Below are positions 38,901 through 50,099 of a DNA stretch of 64,000 nt, in pieces. A program made the position numbers and the translations under genes. How positions within the stretch are numbered: position 1 is the stretch's first letter; each line of letters opens with the position of its first letter. Source of the stretch: a virus (Duplodnaviria > Caudoviricetes); the IMG/VR virus record IMGVR_UViG_3300033066_001278, positions 1 through 64,000 of that record. The stretch is one strand, 5' to 3'. The notes below the pieces were generated by a model that was given only the letters and a program-made list of their open reading frames with translations, was not told the origin of the DNA and made no database searches.

Positions 38901-39114
38901 CATTATATCCATCAGGAGCTACATCTGGACTTTCATAATATACTATTGGTGTAAGTTGATCTAGTATTACTCCAGAGCCAATATGATTATTAATCGCAGA
39001 TGAGTATAAATTTTGATTATAACTTTGTTCAAGGGTTAAATCATCATTATCTACTCTCTCAGAGTCTGTCCATATATTCTTTTTACTTGATACTGTTGAT
39101 TTTGGAGTAGCCAT
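35902..39114 (-). CDS. Large virion structural protein with dockerin/EF-hand-like motifs
   Basis: Lies at the end of the baseplate gene run; YGDVNGDGKIDEEDL and AADITGDLSISTTDI. Confidence 0.7.
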   Translation of the reverse strand: MATPKSTVSSKKNIWTDSERVDNDDLTLEQSYNQNLYSSAINNHIGSGVILDQLTPIVYYESPDVAPDGYNAVSLLDGIALYATNQPSDTSFGNQLEVHLSDSKASGRRTVKACVIGLDVNSDLQYEVFTFHKNEKQIGEKHFTKIALILINDLSGPSNKSLNLGGKLTISEASPYLLSRSAKMAAQDVEPNLFFRDFYIGTSGNPTLNTFLRTSLPSYNVDNLNISTSYTQLRKILQNDVSTRIGQKFLASTDNIQKITMLLSAVGDNYPLANPTDFYWSGDIVISIYPLQSVVSCPTDLVPNLAIDYDPANVPVAELSFNYNTLLDQGIKLTDVPQPVDFVFSNTAVGSSSLLTGNYYIFTIKRSGFASQGIIQIPVATDQLSNSRVSIFNGSVWTDMSEEDMWFQVWTDAAKVSSGQAYENGAGIVIDKVIQDTTTEITTDYVLKDLSFSDNDVYTALVQATTENLDQVQDERTGNPIYSRQKYVPSIILQSPTDITNSDVSNPFYIGTIADKNNKKIDSTSSTFTSYLNLFGMYKNALLIKIIDDPADPRYNLNILELVNKFVDGSLNRAKFILNTSLPNNFYRVASAELCTMIYGDVNGDGKIDEEDLLAAQNLLNYNLNIAPSASTYDGYTNPFETQGSLTFQIKDPTTMFVEASGIDGILIPDPTYPDRAIFTSASSNFSLISSIGDKIISITSTTTENNGTFYITGLNSSTSISIKKTLLTEENILKVFAADITGDLSISTTDINYISDYVYKVAPFPKTTSPGNRIGTSFNVIKIYLEEFIDRNDDYYTTSRADTLHPVPILFNDDTTIADRDFLSSPITFSYTKRITWEEYDIVSNSNPRLVPVIFTEENIDTKFKCTPPAGSCESYPINIDFDSGRNDMFVPNNLIMNAGGNILTLDGYYHKIDFEVGTIILEIPAESFSTEKTINFFTGFVADYDGNGKTSLGFNAMKFSDCSFVQLDALAKEQVRFGVSLQAFAPQLDGTDSLDPDISGVIIDDKVGVYINSETGQLTLNFTNLYVDPVLRTLITKLQVQVFLKKSGFNNRTQEISSEKVKNIFGLA

Positions 39115-39166
39115 GTTTTAGTCTAAGTTTATGTGTTAATATGATTTTAATGATTATATTAAACTG

Positions 39167-42100
39167 TTAATAATAGGTTATAAAAGCTCTTGAATCAGCG
39201 GGTTTAAAAGAACTAATTATAGTTTCAAGAAGCATTTTAGCTTTATCATTGCTAGCTAATATACCAAAAGAATCAAATATATTTAAGTAAAAATCAAATA
39301 AGCCATTTTTCTTATTTTTTATAGTAGCAAAATCATAAATATGCTTCTTTTCTAATGTTTTGTCAAAATCCATTAAATAAGTAGTGTATAAATCTTCTGT
39401 TACAGGAAAATTACTAGCAATAGTTGAAGAGTAATTTGGGTCTATTGCCTCACCAAACGGTGAATATATAGGTCTTGATACATTACTTATTTTAATATTG
39501 TCAAAAATAGCGTATGCTTTATTAGCTTCACTAAAATCGCTACCAAAATAAAGTTCATTTATTTTGTCTTTAAACTTTAAAGATTTATACGATAAGTTCT
39601 TTAATCCAATAAATGAAGATCCATAAGTTATTCCAGAACCAAATGGATAAGATCCATAAACATTTACACGTTCATAACCATCTACAAATAAACGCATATA
39701 GTCTCTTGAATTACTAGTATTGAATTTATATTGAGCTTTAATTCTGTGCCATGAGTTTTGTTCCCATGGAATTAATGTTCTTATTTTATTTTCAACATCA
39801 GTGGCTCTAACGTAGAAATTTAAATATCCAAATTCATCTTTAAATATAGATAAACGATCTCCATTTGATCCAGTTGGAATATAGTTTACAATAACAGGTG
39901 AGTTTTGATTTGGCAATCTTCTTTTTAAGGTTATTGTTTTACCATCTGAACTTAATGTTGCGCCAACAGAATAATCAAAACTATCATCATAAGTTAAATA
40001 AATGGATTCCAGGCTTGATGCAGCAGTCTTGATAACTATTTTAGTTACACTATCAGAAGTATAAGTTTCTGATAATAAATTAGTTGCATCGAATAAGTAT
40101 CTTTTATTTGGATCATTTAATGTACCATAAATTGGTGATACCCAAAATTCTATTGTTCCCTCATTTGTATTAAAAATACCTTCGTTGTCAATAACTAATG
40201 GATTATTTTTAATACAAATAGCTTTATCGAAATTAGCATTAACACTATAAGATGATTGAATATAGCGTTTATTATCTCTAATAATCCAAAAATCTGCTTC
40301 ATTTATGAATGGGTATTCATTAAATGTTAGAGATGTCAAAGTAATGTTTGTATTCTTTAATGGTTTTAAAGAATTATAATCTTTAGTTATTGTTAACTTA
40401 GGAGCATTTAAAGTCTCTCCAGTTCTTACATCTCTCAATTTTTGAGCAAAGGTTTTAAACTGATTTAAAATACCATTAAAATTATTCTCTTGATTAAAAT
40501 CTGTGCCTATATAAACTCTATTTTGACCTATTGGATCAAATTGTAAACTTAGATAAGTTAAATAATCAACTTGATAAGTTCCTTCTGTTAATAAGAATTT
40601 TTGTCCTGGTTGACTTGTTTTTTCTAAAGCAATAAAACCATTTTGGAATCCTGATGTCTCAGGAGTAAACATTAATACTTCATAAGTTCCACCAGTGAAT
40701 GATGGTAATACAGAGTCAATTGTCATTGATAAATGATCATTTGAAACAGCTAGTATTTGATAATAGCCAACACTTGATAATGGGCTAGTTATTCTTAGAT
40801 AACTACCAACTAAAGCCTCAGAGAAGAACTTGTCAGTATCTGAGACAATATTTCCAGATGAAGATAAATTAGTTCCAAATAATACTTGATATGTATATCT
40901 TATTACGGGTTTTTCTGCTGAAACATCATCTTGAACATTGATGTTATTTGTCTCAGCTCCAAATACAGTTAAACAATTTCTTGCAGAGTTAATTGGTTTG
41001 CACACAACTTGAACATAAGAGATTGTTTTAAACTTACTAGCAGTAGTTAAAGTACCCATTTCAGTGAATGTTAGAGTTTCGCTAACATCACCAACAATGT
41101 TAACTTGCACAGATGTAGAAAAATCAATATTTGTACCAGCAATTGTGAAAGATAAATATCTTCCATATACAGATTCAGTTGGTTGATATGTAGTTAGGTT
41201 ATTTGATGTAAATACACCTAATGATAATGTAGAGTTTGAAGGACCAATATTTGTTAGCTCTAATACATTCTTTTTAATATTTACAGTATTAATATTAATT
41301 GGTGGAGCTAATGTAGTCTCAATAATGTTTGAGATATTGCCCCATACATAAGACTTCTTTTTAATTTGTTGATTATTTAAACCAAGAGTTTTAACCAAAA
41401 CGATATCATTAGCATCTGCGTTATTAACTATTGTAATAACACTATTATTATCAATATCATTTGATACAGAATAAGATGGATATAAAGCCCTTTGTCCAGA
41501 AATTTCTTCTTCTGTAGGTGGATAAATATAGAAAGTGACACCAGTTAAATTAATTGGTATTGTATTATTTAATACTAATGAATTTATTGAAACGCTTAAT
41601 ATTGTATAATATTTTTCTAATGTTGGATCATCTATTCTTATAAAATAGCCTGGAGCAACATTATTTAAAATAAAGTTTACGCCAGAAGTTACTATATTTG
41701 ATGTTGCACTTGTATTAAGTGTTCCAGTTAATGAAGAGTGTAATAATGCTACGGCAAAATTTGAATAAACATCAACAGGAGTTTCAGTTGTAATAGAAGT
41801 GGAATTAATTGTAAAATTGCCATCAGTTAATGTGGCAGGCATTGAACTTGACAATGTTAATGATTGTCCAAATACAGTTATAATTGTATAACCAAGAGCA
41901 TTGAATCCTGGTTCATCAATGATAATAATATCGCCAGCTGTTATACCAGCAGCACCAAAATTTGTCAAAGATGATACTATATTTGATCCTGAAGAAGTTG
42001 TAAGATCAATTCCTCCAACTATATTTTTAGGAATTACTCCAACAAACTCTTCTTGCCCAATAGTTTTATATTTTTGATGTAAATATGGATTTATTTTTAA

Positions 42101-45100
42101 ACCATAATTCAAATTATTAAATACTTCTTGCCCATCAACAAATAAATGTATCTCATCTCTTTTATTTGGAGAATTTAAATTCCATGATGCAGCTATAAAA
42201 TGCTTCTCACCTTTCTTCCAGGTGGAAACATTAGAACTAACTTGTGCAAACATTTTGTTTTTATCAAACACTTTTAAGTTTAAATATCCACTTGGATCTT
42301 TAAATAGAGAGAATCTATTTTTTGTTTTATCTTCGCCAAAATCTATTACATAATGATTTTTATCTGCAACAAATGTTAAGATAGATTCATCAATATTTGT
42401 ATTAGTAAACTTATATTTGATTTTAGATAAGCCAGTAGTTAATGAATATCCATCAAGTGAGCTAGTAAGTTTGGTATCATAAAACTCACCATCTGTTTTA
42501 ACTTCTATATTGTAAGTATTAATTACACCATAACTTGAATATCCGTCATCATTTACAGAAATAAACCATCTATAAAATTCTTGTGACGCATCTAAATCAT
42601 AATAAACGAATACACCATTTTTGTTTTTATTAGGAATTCCTTTACCATCACTTTTTGACACTGTGAAATAACTATTGTTATTTTTATCTACAGTTCTACT
42701 GTAATGCTTTTCTAAACTACCAAAATAAACATCTCTCTCTAAGATGTTTTGATTATTAACTAAAATTTTAATTTCTAATGTGGCATCATTATCAATACCG
42801 TCCCATTGTGGAACAACCCATGTTTCAAATGAGCCCTCTTCTAATCTAAAATTAGAAGAAATTGGAATAGTAATTGATTGAGAGTCTGAGTTAATTAAAA
42901 CTCCATTGCCAAATTTTCCAGGTTGTAATTCAAATGTACCTGTTGTAGCTGGTTTGCTTAAAAATAAATAGTTTTGATTTAATATCCAAGAAAATAAAGC
43001 AGCTTCTAAAATTTCTGGTGGAGTGTGTACTATTTTTTCTACTATATTTGAGATAGCAGATTTACTTGTGCCTAAAGCAGCAGATGAGAATGCTGCAGAT
43101 AATGCATCTCTGTATATTTCTCTTGGGAAAGAAGTGTCAATGTTATTTAATAAAGATATAGTTGTTAAGCTGCCAAAGTTTTTTAATAAAGCGTTTCTTA
43201 ATCCACCAGCTTTATATGATACATAATAAGTATCGCCTTCTGATAAAGTATCGCTTTCTCTAAAGTCTAAATAATTATCTCCATACTCATAACTAATGAC
43301 AATTTCATCTTTGAGATAGGTATAATCTATTTTAAGATCACCTCTATCATAATCAACAATTAGTCTTGAGGCGCTATTAATTGACCAAGTCAAGATTACT
43401 ATTACAGTTTCTCCAGAAGCTGGTGAAAAAGTGTTTGGTAGAATTAATCTAACTGGCGCTCCAACAGTAATGGTTCCGGTGCCATTCCAAAGATCTTGAC
43501 TATCTGATAATCTAATTACTTGAATATTATAATTTATATTAGATGAAATATAATCTAAGTTGATATTTAAATCAACATAATATTGACTTAATAAATCTTG
43601 GCTTATTACATGAAATTCTTGTTTTGTATATGATCCAAGAGTAATTAAATTATCTGTAAAAGAAGCAAATGGTGCAAAGTTTAAGGGATATTTATTATTT
43701 TTTAAATCACTGAACTCCCAAATTCCTCTAATAGCCTTTATATTGTTTGAAACACCAGGCTCAAATGTAGCAACATTATATGTGCCAACAGAGTTTGAAT
43801 CATTGAAATAATATCTTGTTGGGTCAGTTAATAAATAATTTTCATTTGCCTGTACAACTTCATCAAATAAAATAGTTGTATCATCAAATGATGTATAAGC
43901 ATATGTTTTTTGTGGAGCATCTAAAGGATTGATTATATTAAAAATATCTTCAACGCTTAATATATGATCATTGACAGTCTCAATTTTATTTGTTTTATAT
44001 TGTATAGTTCCAATATCTAAACTTTGTGTATCATATACTAAAACATACAAAGTGCCATTAACATAGTCTACTAAATAATCTCCTAATGTAGTTAATGATA
44101 ATAAGTTATTTGTTAAATCATCTGTAAAATCAAAATATTTTTCATTTATAAAAACATCGCTACTAGATAAGCTAACAGAGGTGTTTTGATTATACCCAAT
44201 AGAGTCTTGTGATGCAGCTATAACATTTGTATTGAGTAATTGTGTTTTAAAGATAACTTTTCCAACATATGGAGAAGTTAAAACTTCTGATACAATTAAT
44301 TTTTCATTTGATATTGTTAGAAACTTAGCCGTTTCATCTGTAATTGATTCAGTGGTAGGAGCATTATTATAGTCAAAATAAATTTTGGAATTATCCCATC
44401 TTACAACTGGATATTTTTCTCCACTTGTTTCATTGAAAACTTCAAATACATCTGTGATAGGTGAGTAATCTGTTTGCAGTGTACCCAAATTTATTAATTT
44501 ATTTTTAACACGCTCTTGTAAAGCTTCTTTATGTAAATTAGCTTTAAAATCAATACCATTGTATAAGCCATATTCATAAGTAAATGATATTGTTGCTTCT
44601 TGATCAATTAAACTACCATTTGGAAGGGAAACTACATCATATGTATCAGTATCAATAACATAATCTAAACCCTCTGTATATGTAGTTCTATATTTATAAG
44701 AAGCTAATGGAGGATACATTCCAGTGCCAGTGTTCTTAGAATCTTCTCCAAACACATATATTGTACCAACAGAATAATCTACCGAATATTCTCCAGCTTT
44801 AGCTGGAAGATACTCTAGCCTATATACTAATTCATATTTAAAAGCTGGGTGCTTTGTATTTAAAGATTCAAGTGTATTTGGATCTATAAATGTTATACCT
44901 GCTAAAGTAGGAACACTATTATCAGATTTCACTATTGTAGAATTTTTTAAATTAACAACATTTGAAACAGATGGTAGAACTTCTCTATTCTTTGTAAAAA
45001 TAGAATAAATACTTACTGTGCTAGTATCTATAGTTTTACCCAAATCTTTATAACTATAATTTATAGTTATTTTAAAAATATTCTCTAAAGAAAAAGTGCT

Positions 45101-46018
45101 ATCTTGTAAAATTTTATCACTTAGTTTAATTTGATTATCTTCAAGTGTTAATAAACCAAAAGCATAACCATCATATTTATAATCTTTAATTTGATATCCA
45201 ACAGTTTCAATTGGATAGGTGTATGTATTACTACTGTAATATGTAAAAACTAAAGAGTTTAATTTAATTACAGGAGTTTTGGATAATGTAATTATTAAAT
45301 CATTAATATTTAATGTTTTTTTATCATAAGTAGATGATAAAGCTATTTCTTCTTGATTTTCTGTCTCTTGTAGTGAAATAACTGTTGAAGGAAATTCATT
45401 ATATGCTAATGATCCGCTAAAATTTGTATTATCTAATACTCTGCTAACTTTTGAAACTTCATAAGCGCCTTCTTCATTTAATCTATCAAATGGGCCAGCG
45501 CCACGAGTCTTTTTTTCATTTGAAATATCAAATGATAAATAATTTTCATTCTTACTTTGTCTAATATCATAGACACTTTTTGATAAAAAGGTAGAGAGTA
45601 TCTCTATATTTTTACCAATAGTTGTGTTTCTTGTATAGTCATAAATATTTGAAGAAAAGAAATTTTCAAATGATGACTTAAATGGATCTTCTGGATTTAT
45701 TGGACCATAAAATTTAAGAGTATTATTTACATTATCATTAGGTACAATGTATATATTGTCTAAAGATGTAAATAATACGCTGGAAGTAGAAAAGAAGGTT
45801 AATGTATATTGAGCAAATGGAGTTAAAGGTTGGCAAGTTATTAATATTTCATTATTATCAACTTTTGCATCTTTAATTGTTGGCGTAGGTATATTGGAAA
45901 AGACTGGAGTAATAGAAATATTGTCTTTAGTTATATTTGTATTTAAACTAATTGGAAATACCGCAGTCATAGTTGTACTTGTGTCAACTATTATTTCGGT
46001 TGGTTTTAATACTTTCAT
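39167..46018 (-). CDS. Very large baseplate wedge / tail protein with LamG (ConA-like) domains
   Basis: Follows baseplate J; two LamG-like units (GSFETWV.P...HFIAASW..IHLFVDG; GTIEFWVSP...WHRI..MRLFVDG). Confidence 0.75.
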   Translation of the reverse strand: MKVLKPTEIIVDTSTTMTAVFPISLNTNITKDNISITPVFSNIPTPTIKDAKVDNNEILITCQPLTPFAQYTLTFFSTSSVLFTSLDNIYIVPNDNVNNTLKFYGPINPEDPFKSSFENFFSSNIYDYTRNTTIGKNIEILSTFLSKSVYDIRQSKNENYLSFDISNEKKTRGAGPFDRLNEEGAYEVSKVSRVLDNTNFSGSLAYNEFPSTVISLQETENQEEIALSSTYDKKTLNINDLIITLSKTPVIKLNSLVFTYYSSNTYTYPIETVGYQIKDYKYDGYAFGLLTLEDNQIKLSDKILQDSTFSLENIFKITINYSYKDLGKTIDTSTVSIYSIFTKNREVLPSVSNVVNLKNSTIVKSDNSVPTLAGITFIDPNTLESLNTKHPAFKYELVYRLEYLPAKAGEYSVDYSVGTIYVFGEDSKNTGTGMYPPLASYKYRTTYTEGLDYVIDTDTYDVVSLPNGSLIDQEATISFTYEYGLYNGIDFKANLHKEALQERVKNKLINLGTLQTDYSPITDVFEVFNETSGEKYPVVRWDNSKIYFDYNNAPTTESITDETAKFLTISNEKLIVSEVLTSPYVGKVIFKTQLLNTNVIAASQDSIGYNQNTSVSLSSSDVFINEKYFDFTDDLTNNLLSLTTLGDYLVDYVNGTLYVLVYDTQSLDIGTIQYKTNKIETVNDHILSVEDIFNIINPLDAPQKTYAYTSFDDTTILFDEVVQANENYLLTDPTRYYFNDSNSVGTYNVATFEPGVSNNIKAIRGIWEFSDLKNNKYPLNFAPFASFTDNLITLGSYTKQEFHVISQDLLSQYYVDLNINLDYISSNINYNIQVIRLSDSQDLWNGTGTITVGAPVRLILPNTFSPASGETVIVILTWSINSASRLIVDYDRGDLKIDYTYLKDEIVISYEYGDNYLDFRESDTLSEGDTYYVSYKAGGLRNALLKNFGSLTTISLLNNIDTSFPREIYRDALSAAFSSAALGTSKSAISNIVEKIVHTPPEILEAALFSWILNQNYLFLSKPATTGTFELQPGKFGNGVLINSDSQSITIPISSNFRLEEGSFETWVVPQWDGIDNDATLEIKILVNNQNILERDVYFGSLEKHYSRTVDKNNNSYFTVSKSDGKGIPNKNKNGVFVYYDLDASQEFYRWFISVNDDGYSSYGVINTYNIEVKTDGEFYDTKLTSSLDGYSLTTGLSKIKYKFTNTNIDESILTFVADKNHYVIDFGEDKTKNRFSLFKDPSGYLNLKVFDKNKMFAQVSSNVSTWKKGEKHFIAASWNLNSPNKRDEIHLFVDGQEVFNNLNYGLKINPYLHQKYKTIGQEEFVGVIPKNIVGGIDLTTSSGSNIVSSLTNFGAAGITAGDIIIIDEPGFNALGYTIITVFGQSLTLSSSMPATLTDGNFTINSTSITTETPVDVYSNFAVALLHSSLTGTLNTSATSNIVTSGVNFILNNVAPGYFIRIDDPTLEKYYTILSVSINSLVLNNTIPINLTGVTFYIYPPTEEEISGQRALYPSYSVSNDIDNNSVITIVNNADANDIVLVKTLGLNNQQIKKKSYVWGNISNIIETTLAPPININTVNIKKNVLELTNIGPSNSTLSLGVFTSNNLTTYQPTESVYGRYLSFTIAGTNIDFSTSVQVNIVGDVSETLTFTEMGTLTTASKFKTISYVQVVCKPINSARNCLTVFGAETNNINVQDDVSAEKPVIRYTYQVLFGTNLSSSGNIVSDTDKFFSEALVGSYLRITSPLSSVGYYQILAVSNDHLSMTIDSVLPSFTGGTYEVLMFTPETSGFQNGFIALEKTSQPGQKFLLTEGTYQVDYLTYLSLQFDPIGQNRVYIGTDFNQENNFNGILNQFKTFAQKLRDVRTGETLNAPKLTITKDYNSLKPLKNTNITLTSLTFNEYPFINEADFWIIRDNKRYIQSSYSVNANFDKAICIKNNPLVIDNEGIFNTNEGTIEFWVSPIYGTLNDPNKRYLFDATNLLSETYTSDSVTKIVIKTAASSLESIYLTYDDSFDYSVGATLSSDGKTITLKRRLPNQNSPVIVNYIPTGSNGDRLSIFKDEFGYLNFYVRATDVENKIRTLIPWEQNSWHRIKAQYKFNTSNSRDYMRLFVDGYERVNVYGSYPFGSGITYGSSFIGLKNLSYKSLKFKDKINELYFGSDFSEANKAYAIFDNIKISNVSRPIYSPFGEAIDPNYSSTIASNFPVTEDLYTTYLMDFDKTLEKKHIYDFATIKNKKNGLFDFYLNIFDSFGILASNDKAKMLLETIISSFKPADSRAFITYY

Positions 46019-46022
46019 TTAT

Positions 46023-49000
46023 TTATCTTGTTTCTAAGTTAACAACTATATTGTTTGCAACAAAGTATTCGTTTTTATTAGCTTCTAATGATAGTGCTTG
46101 TCCTGATTTCATATCTTGATTAAAATATAACAATCTAGCCCTATCAACACCAGTAGTTTCTTGAGCTACTACTATTAATGTAGAAGAGTCTAAGATATCT
46201 CCCAAAATATTAGTATTAATTGCAGAGATTAATGCATCTTTTACATTTTGAGCAATCAAGCTTGAAGAACTTAATTGGTCTGCATTTACAACAATATTAA
46301 CTGTAGCATCAACTTTTATAGGAACTGCACTTCTAACTAGAACGTCTGCATTGATTGGTTTATTTTCTTCAATATTAAATGTTACGTCTGAAATTAATTT
46401 ATTATAAGTATAGCGTATAATGATTCTTTCATTTGTTTTTGGCGCTGTATAATCATAATATGCTTTATATCTTGAACCAGTGTTTGGTTGATTTGCATTT
46501 ACTATATTGAATCTAGCAGATGAAGTATTATTAAATCCACTAGAAACATAAATAGAGTCTATTAAAGCAAACTTTTTATTTGTATATAAAGTAGAATTCT
46601 TTGTAAAAGATAAGCTTTCTGTATCACCTGATTTGCAAATATAGAAAGTAGCTCTTAATTTATCTCCAACACTTGGTGTATTAGCAACATTGTTTGTTGA
46701 ACTTGGTAAAATTACATCAAAATTAGATAATGCAGGTGAGACATTATCTAGTTTATTTATTTCAGTTTTATAAAAAGTATCATTAGCTATAGAGTAATTT
46801 TTAACATCATAAGTTGCATATACAGAAAGAACTTCATTAGCTGAAGTAGCCTCCACTTTTTCTAATTTTACTAATCTAACTAAACTAACTGTTGATGGTA
46901 TTTCTGTTATGGAAGACAATCCTAAAACATTTCTAATAGCTTCGCTTAAACTTTGTCTTAAGCTATTTTGTGTAGCATTAAATACAATATCTATACCTTT
47001 TGTTATTGTAGTACCAGCAAATGTTAAGATGCCATTTTGATTTGTTTGGTCTGTTAATGTAGTATTTAAATTAGTTAAACCAGCCTTTAATTGTTTAGAT
47101 GTATAAAAGATAACTAAGGTTTCAGATAGTGGTATGTTAGTAGTAAAATTGATATTTGGTAATAATAATTTATCATTTTCTAAATCAATTACACCATTAC
47201 TACTCCAAATTTCTTGTCCATCAGATATTCTAATGGCAGCTATTTGAGATGAGTTAATGTTATCAAAAGATATATTTAATGTAATTTTGTTTGAAACTAA
47301 ATCATAAGCAATTACATCATATATGCCTTCATTAGATCCAGATACTATATTCACTTTTTTACCAAGTAAATTAGCAATAGAACTAAAGTTTAAAGAAGCA
47401 GAATATAAATAACAAGATTGATTTGTTAATCCAGTTATCACGCCATCTGTTGCAGAACCAGCTAATGAATCATCATTGCTATTAAATAAATTAAAAGAAA
47501 CAGCTGCTTCATCTATAAATGAAAACAAATCTAAATAATAGCCATCAATAGAGTTATATTGAACTTGAGTTTTGTAATTAAAAAATATTTTGTTAGCAAA
47601 TGTAAATGGCTGGAATTGTGCTACATCATTTGCATAATATAATATTAAAACTTTTTCGTTGGTCGCAGGTGCATTTAGGCCAGACAAAGTTAAATAATAA
47701 TAGCCACTAATATCTGTAGATACTGTGCCTAGATTATTGCTATTCCATAAATCTAAGTTGTCAGATAATCTAATAACCTTAAAGATTGAATAGCCATCTA
47801 AATATGTAGTTTGAGAATTAGCGGTTAGCGTAACTGTAAAATTTAATCCTGAAGCTTGTATAGTTGCATTCTCTGATTTTAATACTGACTCTATATTGAA
47901 GTCTTGAGTTTTAGCTGTATTATTAATAAAACCATTACCTAATCTAGAGGCGCTTAGTCCAGTTATTAATGTTGAAAATAATTGTTGAACATTAGCTATA
48001 TAATTTACATAGCAATAAAAAGAATTGGATGTAGTTGTATAATTTGCTACTGGAATTGTTATTTGATTTAATAAAAAGTTTCCAGTTGAACTGTTTACTG
48101 TAAAGATATCAGTTGTATTATAAATAAAAGTAATAGTATCACCTTCTTTTGCAATTGTATCAGAAGGAAGAACTATTGTTGCTTGATATCTAATAGAAGA
48201 ATTTATTACTACTCTTGAGCTAGAAAAAATCCCGTCATTATCATTTGTATGATAACATTCTTTAAATGTATTTTTTAAATAAGCATATTCTAATGATGTA
48301 AATTCTTCAGGTAAATCTGTTATTGTTACAACTTTTCTACCAGCAAAATCAGTTAAATTTAACTCAACCACACCATCTATTTCTGAAAATACATTTGATG
48401 AAACTATTGCAGAAACTGGATGTGTTGACGTGCCATTAAAATAAGTATTGCTTAAGTTTCTAGTGAATTTTACAAGCTCACCTTTAACTAAATTTGACAT
48501 TCCCCAATCAATGTTATCGCCAGGAGTTCTTAAATTATAATCATTAAGCTTACCATCATAGTCAACATAAGGATCATAAGAGAAAATCCACTCATAGTCT
48601 ACTTGAAGTGTATCACTTAAAGCTGGTAAATTATTTCCTGATACTTTAATTCTGCCGGTCTCATTTATAGAACCGCTGCCATCAGGATTTTGTGAAACAA
48701 CTGTATATGTTTCACCAGTAGTAACATTAAATACTCTTGTTACATTTGTGATTGGAGTATGGGCTAAAATAATAATTGATCTATCACTAGAATATATTGT
48801 ACTATTTTCATTAGTAATTAATATATTCTGAGTTAATTTATTTGAAGCAATAAAATCAGAGAAGTTTAATTGATCTTGACCATTAAATTGCCCCTTAACT
48901 TTATCCTCATCAAAGTCGCTTATTTGATTTGAAATCCAATGGAATTTATCAAAACCAAATGGACTTCCGCTATATGAACTTGTATCAGGGATAATTTCAT

Positions 49001-50099
49001 AATTTCCAGAAACTCTTCCTAATGAATCTGTTGATTTTGGTATAAAATTAGAGCCGCTAGATGTTCCAGAAACTTGTGAAACTGAATCTACAGGTTGTGC
49101 AGGCAATTGTGCATTATTGATTTCATCAATTCTTTTACGAGTAATAGTTTTATTTTGATCTCCATCTATCTGGCCTAAAACTATATCATTTTTAGAATTT
49201 GTAGCGTCACCAGTATTGCTTTTATCACGATAGATAAATGTATCAATGTTATCAGCAGTTCTTGTTCCTAAAATTACAACATCTACTTTGCCACCAGTGC
49301 CTTCTGATACTATTGTTTTTGCACCAGTTGAATTAGTCTCAACAATAGTGCCATCTCTGGTCATTAATACATCGCCAGGTTGAATTACAACAGCATCTAA
49401 AACACTGGCGTCTGATAAGGCAACATTTTTATAACCTACAGCTGTGCCAATATTAGATCCGCTAAATATTGAAAGGATTCTATTTCTATAAGATGCATCA
49501 GATTCTTGATCTGAACCACCTGAAAATTGACTAACATTAGTTACATTACTAACGCCAGCAATGGTTGTTGAATTTAATGCGTATTTAGCAATATTTCCAG
49601 AACTGCCAGAAACAGTTGATTGAACTGTAACCTCTACAGCATATTGATCAGAAATTCCAACAAAGTCTAGATCAGATCTATATTTAGTGGCAATTGATTT
49701 ATAATAATTTGTTTGAGATGGTAAAACTGATAAAGAACTAGCAACAGAAAAACTTACATTGTTATTTGAAAATACATTACTTCCAGCTGATATAGCTACT
49801 GAAGCAGGAATAGAAGAAAAGGTTAGTATAGCAATACCAGAAGCTTGGGCACCACTTTTTCTAGTAATACCATAATTAGCGCCTATTTTATCTAAGTCAG
49901 CACCATTGGCTGATCTAATTGATTGAATATTACTTATTCTTGATAGTTCTTCATATACCAAACTTAATTGAGATGCTGGTGCATCAATAAATACATCTCT
50001 TTCAACCGTTGCAGGTTTAGTATCTAAGTCAGGTTGTGCTATCTTAAAATAATCTATAAGAGCACTTATAATTTCGTTTATCGAACGAATATTAGCCAT
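46023..50099 (-). CDS. Baseplate J / gp6-like wedge protein
   Basis: RDVFID, DLDKIGANYGITRK, GSSGNI....LN, GGSDQESDASYRNRI. Confidence 0.88.
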   Translation of the reverse strand: MANIRSINEIISALIDYFKIAQPDLDTKPATVERDVFIDAPASQLSLVYEELSRISNIQSIRSANGADLDKIGANYGITRKSGAQASGIAILTFSSIPASVAISAGSNVFSNNNVSFSVASSLSVLPSQTNYYKSIATKYRSDLDFVGISDQYAVEVTVQSTVSGSSGNIAKYALNSTTIAGVSNVTNVSQFSGGSDQESDASYRNRILSIFSGSNIGTAVGYKNVALSDASVLDAVVIQPGDVLMTRDGTIVETNSTGAKTIVSEGTGGKVDVVILGTRTADNIDTFIYRDKSNTGDATNSKNDIVLGQIDGDQNKTITRKRIDEINNAQLPAQPVDSVSQVSGTSSGSNFIPKSTDSLGRVSGNYEIIPDTSSYSGSPFGFDKFHWISNQISDFDEDKVKGQFNGQDQLNFSDFIASNKLTQNILITNENSTIYSSDRSIIILAHTPITNVTRVFNVTTGETYTVVSQNPDGSGSINETGRIKVSGNNLPALSDTLQVDYEWIFSYDPYVDYDGKLNDYNLRTPGDNIDWGMSNLVKGELVKFTRNLSNTYFNGTSTHPVSAIVSSNVFSEIDGVVELNLTDFAGRKVVTITDLPEEFTSLEYAYLKNTFKECYHTNDNDGIFSSSRVVINSSIRYQATIVLPSDTIAKEGDTITFIYNTTDIFTVNSSTGNFLLNQITIPVANYTTTSNSFYCYVNYIANVQQLFSTLITGLSASRLGNGFINNTAKTQDFNIESVLKSENATIQASGLNFTVTLTANSQTTYLDGYSIFKVIRLSDNLDLWNSNNLGTVSTDISGYYYLTLSGLNAPATNEKVLILYYANDVAQFQPFTFANKIFFNYKTQVQYNSIDGYYLDLFSFIDEAAVSFNLFNSNDDSLAGSATDGVITGLTNQSCYLYSASLNFSSIANLLGKKVNIVSGSNEGIYDVIAYDLVSNKITLNISFDNINSSQIAAIRISDGQEIWSSNGVIDLENDKLLLPNINFTTNIPLSETLVIFYTSKQLKAGLTNLNTTLTDQTNQNGILTFAGTTITKGIDIVFNATQNSLRQSLSEAIRNVLGLSSITEIPSTVSLVRLVKLEKVEATSANEVLSVYATYDVKNYSIANDTFYKTEINKLDNVSPALSNFDVILPSSTNNVANTPSVGDKLRATFYICKSGDTESLSFTKNSTLYTNKKFALIDSIYVSSGFNNTSSARFNIVNANQPNTGSRYKAYYDYTAPKTNERIIIRYTYNKLISDVTFNIEENKPINADVLVRSAVPIKVDATVNIVVNADQLSSSSLIAQNVKDALISAINTNILGDILDSSTLIVVAQETTGVDRARLLYFNQDMKSGQALSLEANKNEYFVANNIVVNLETR

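Noticed and set aside
5205-48660. Systematic sequencing error at CCGG as the cause of the frame breaks
   Set aside because: CCGG sites at about 5205, 20061, 36693, 43425 (ACC GGA in frame) and 48656 are intact. Sporadic errors are still possible and need read-level checking.
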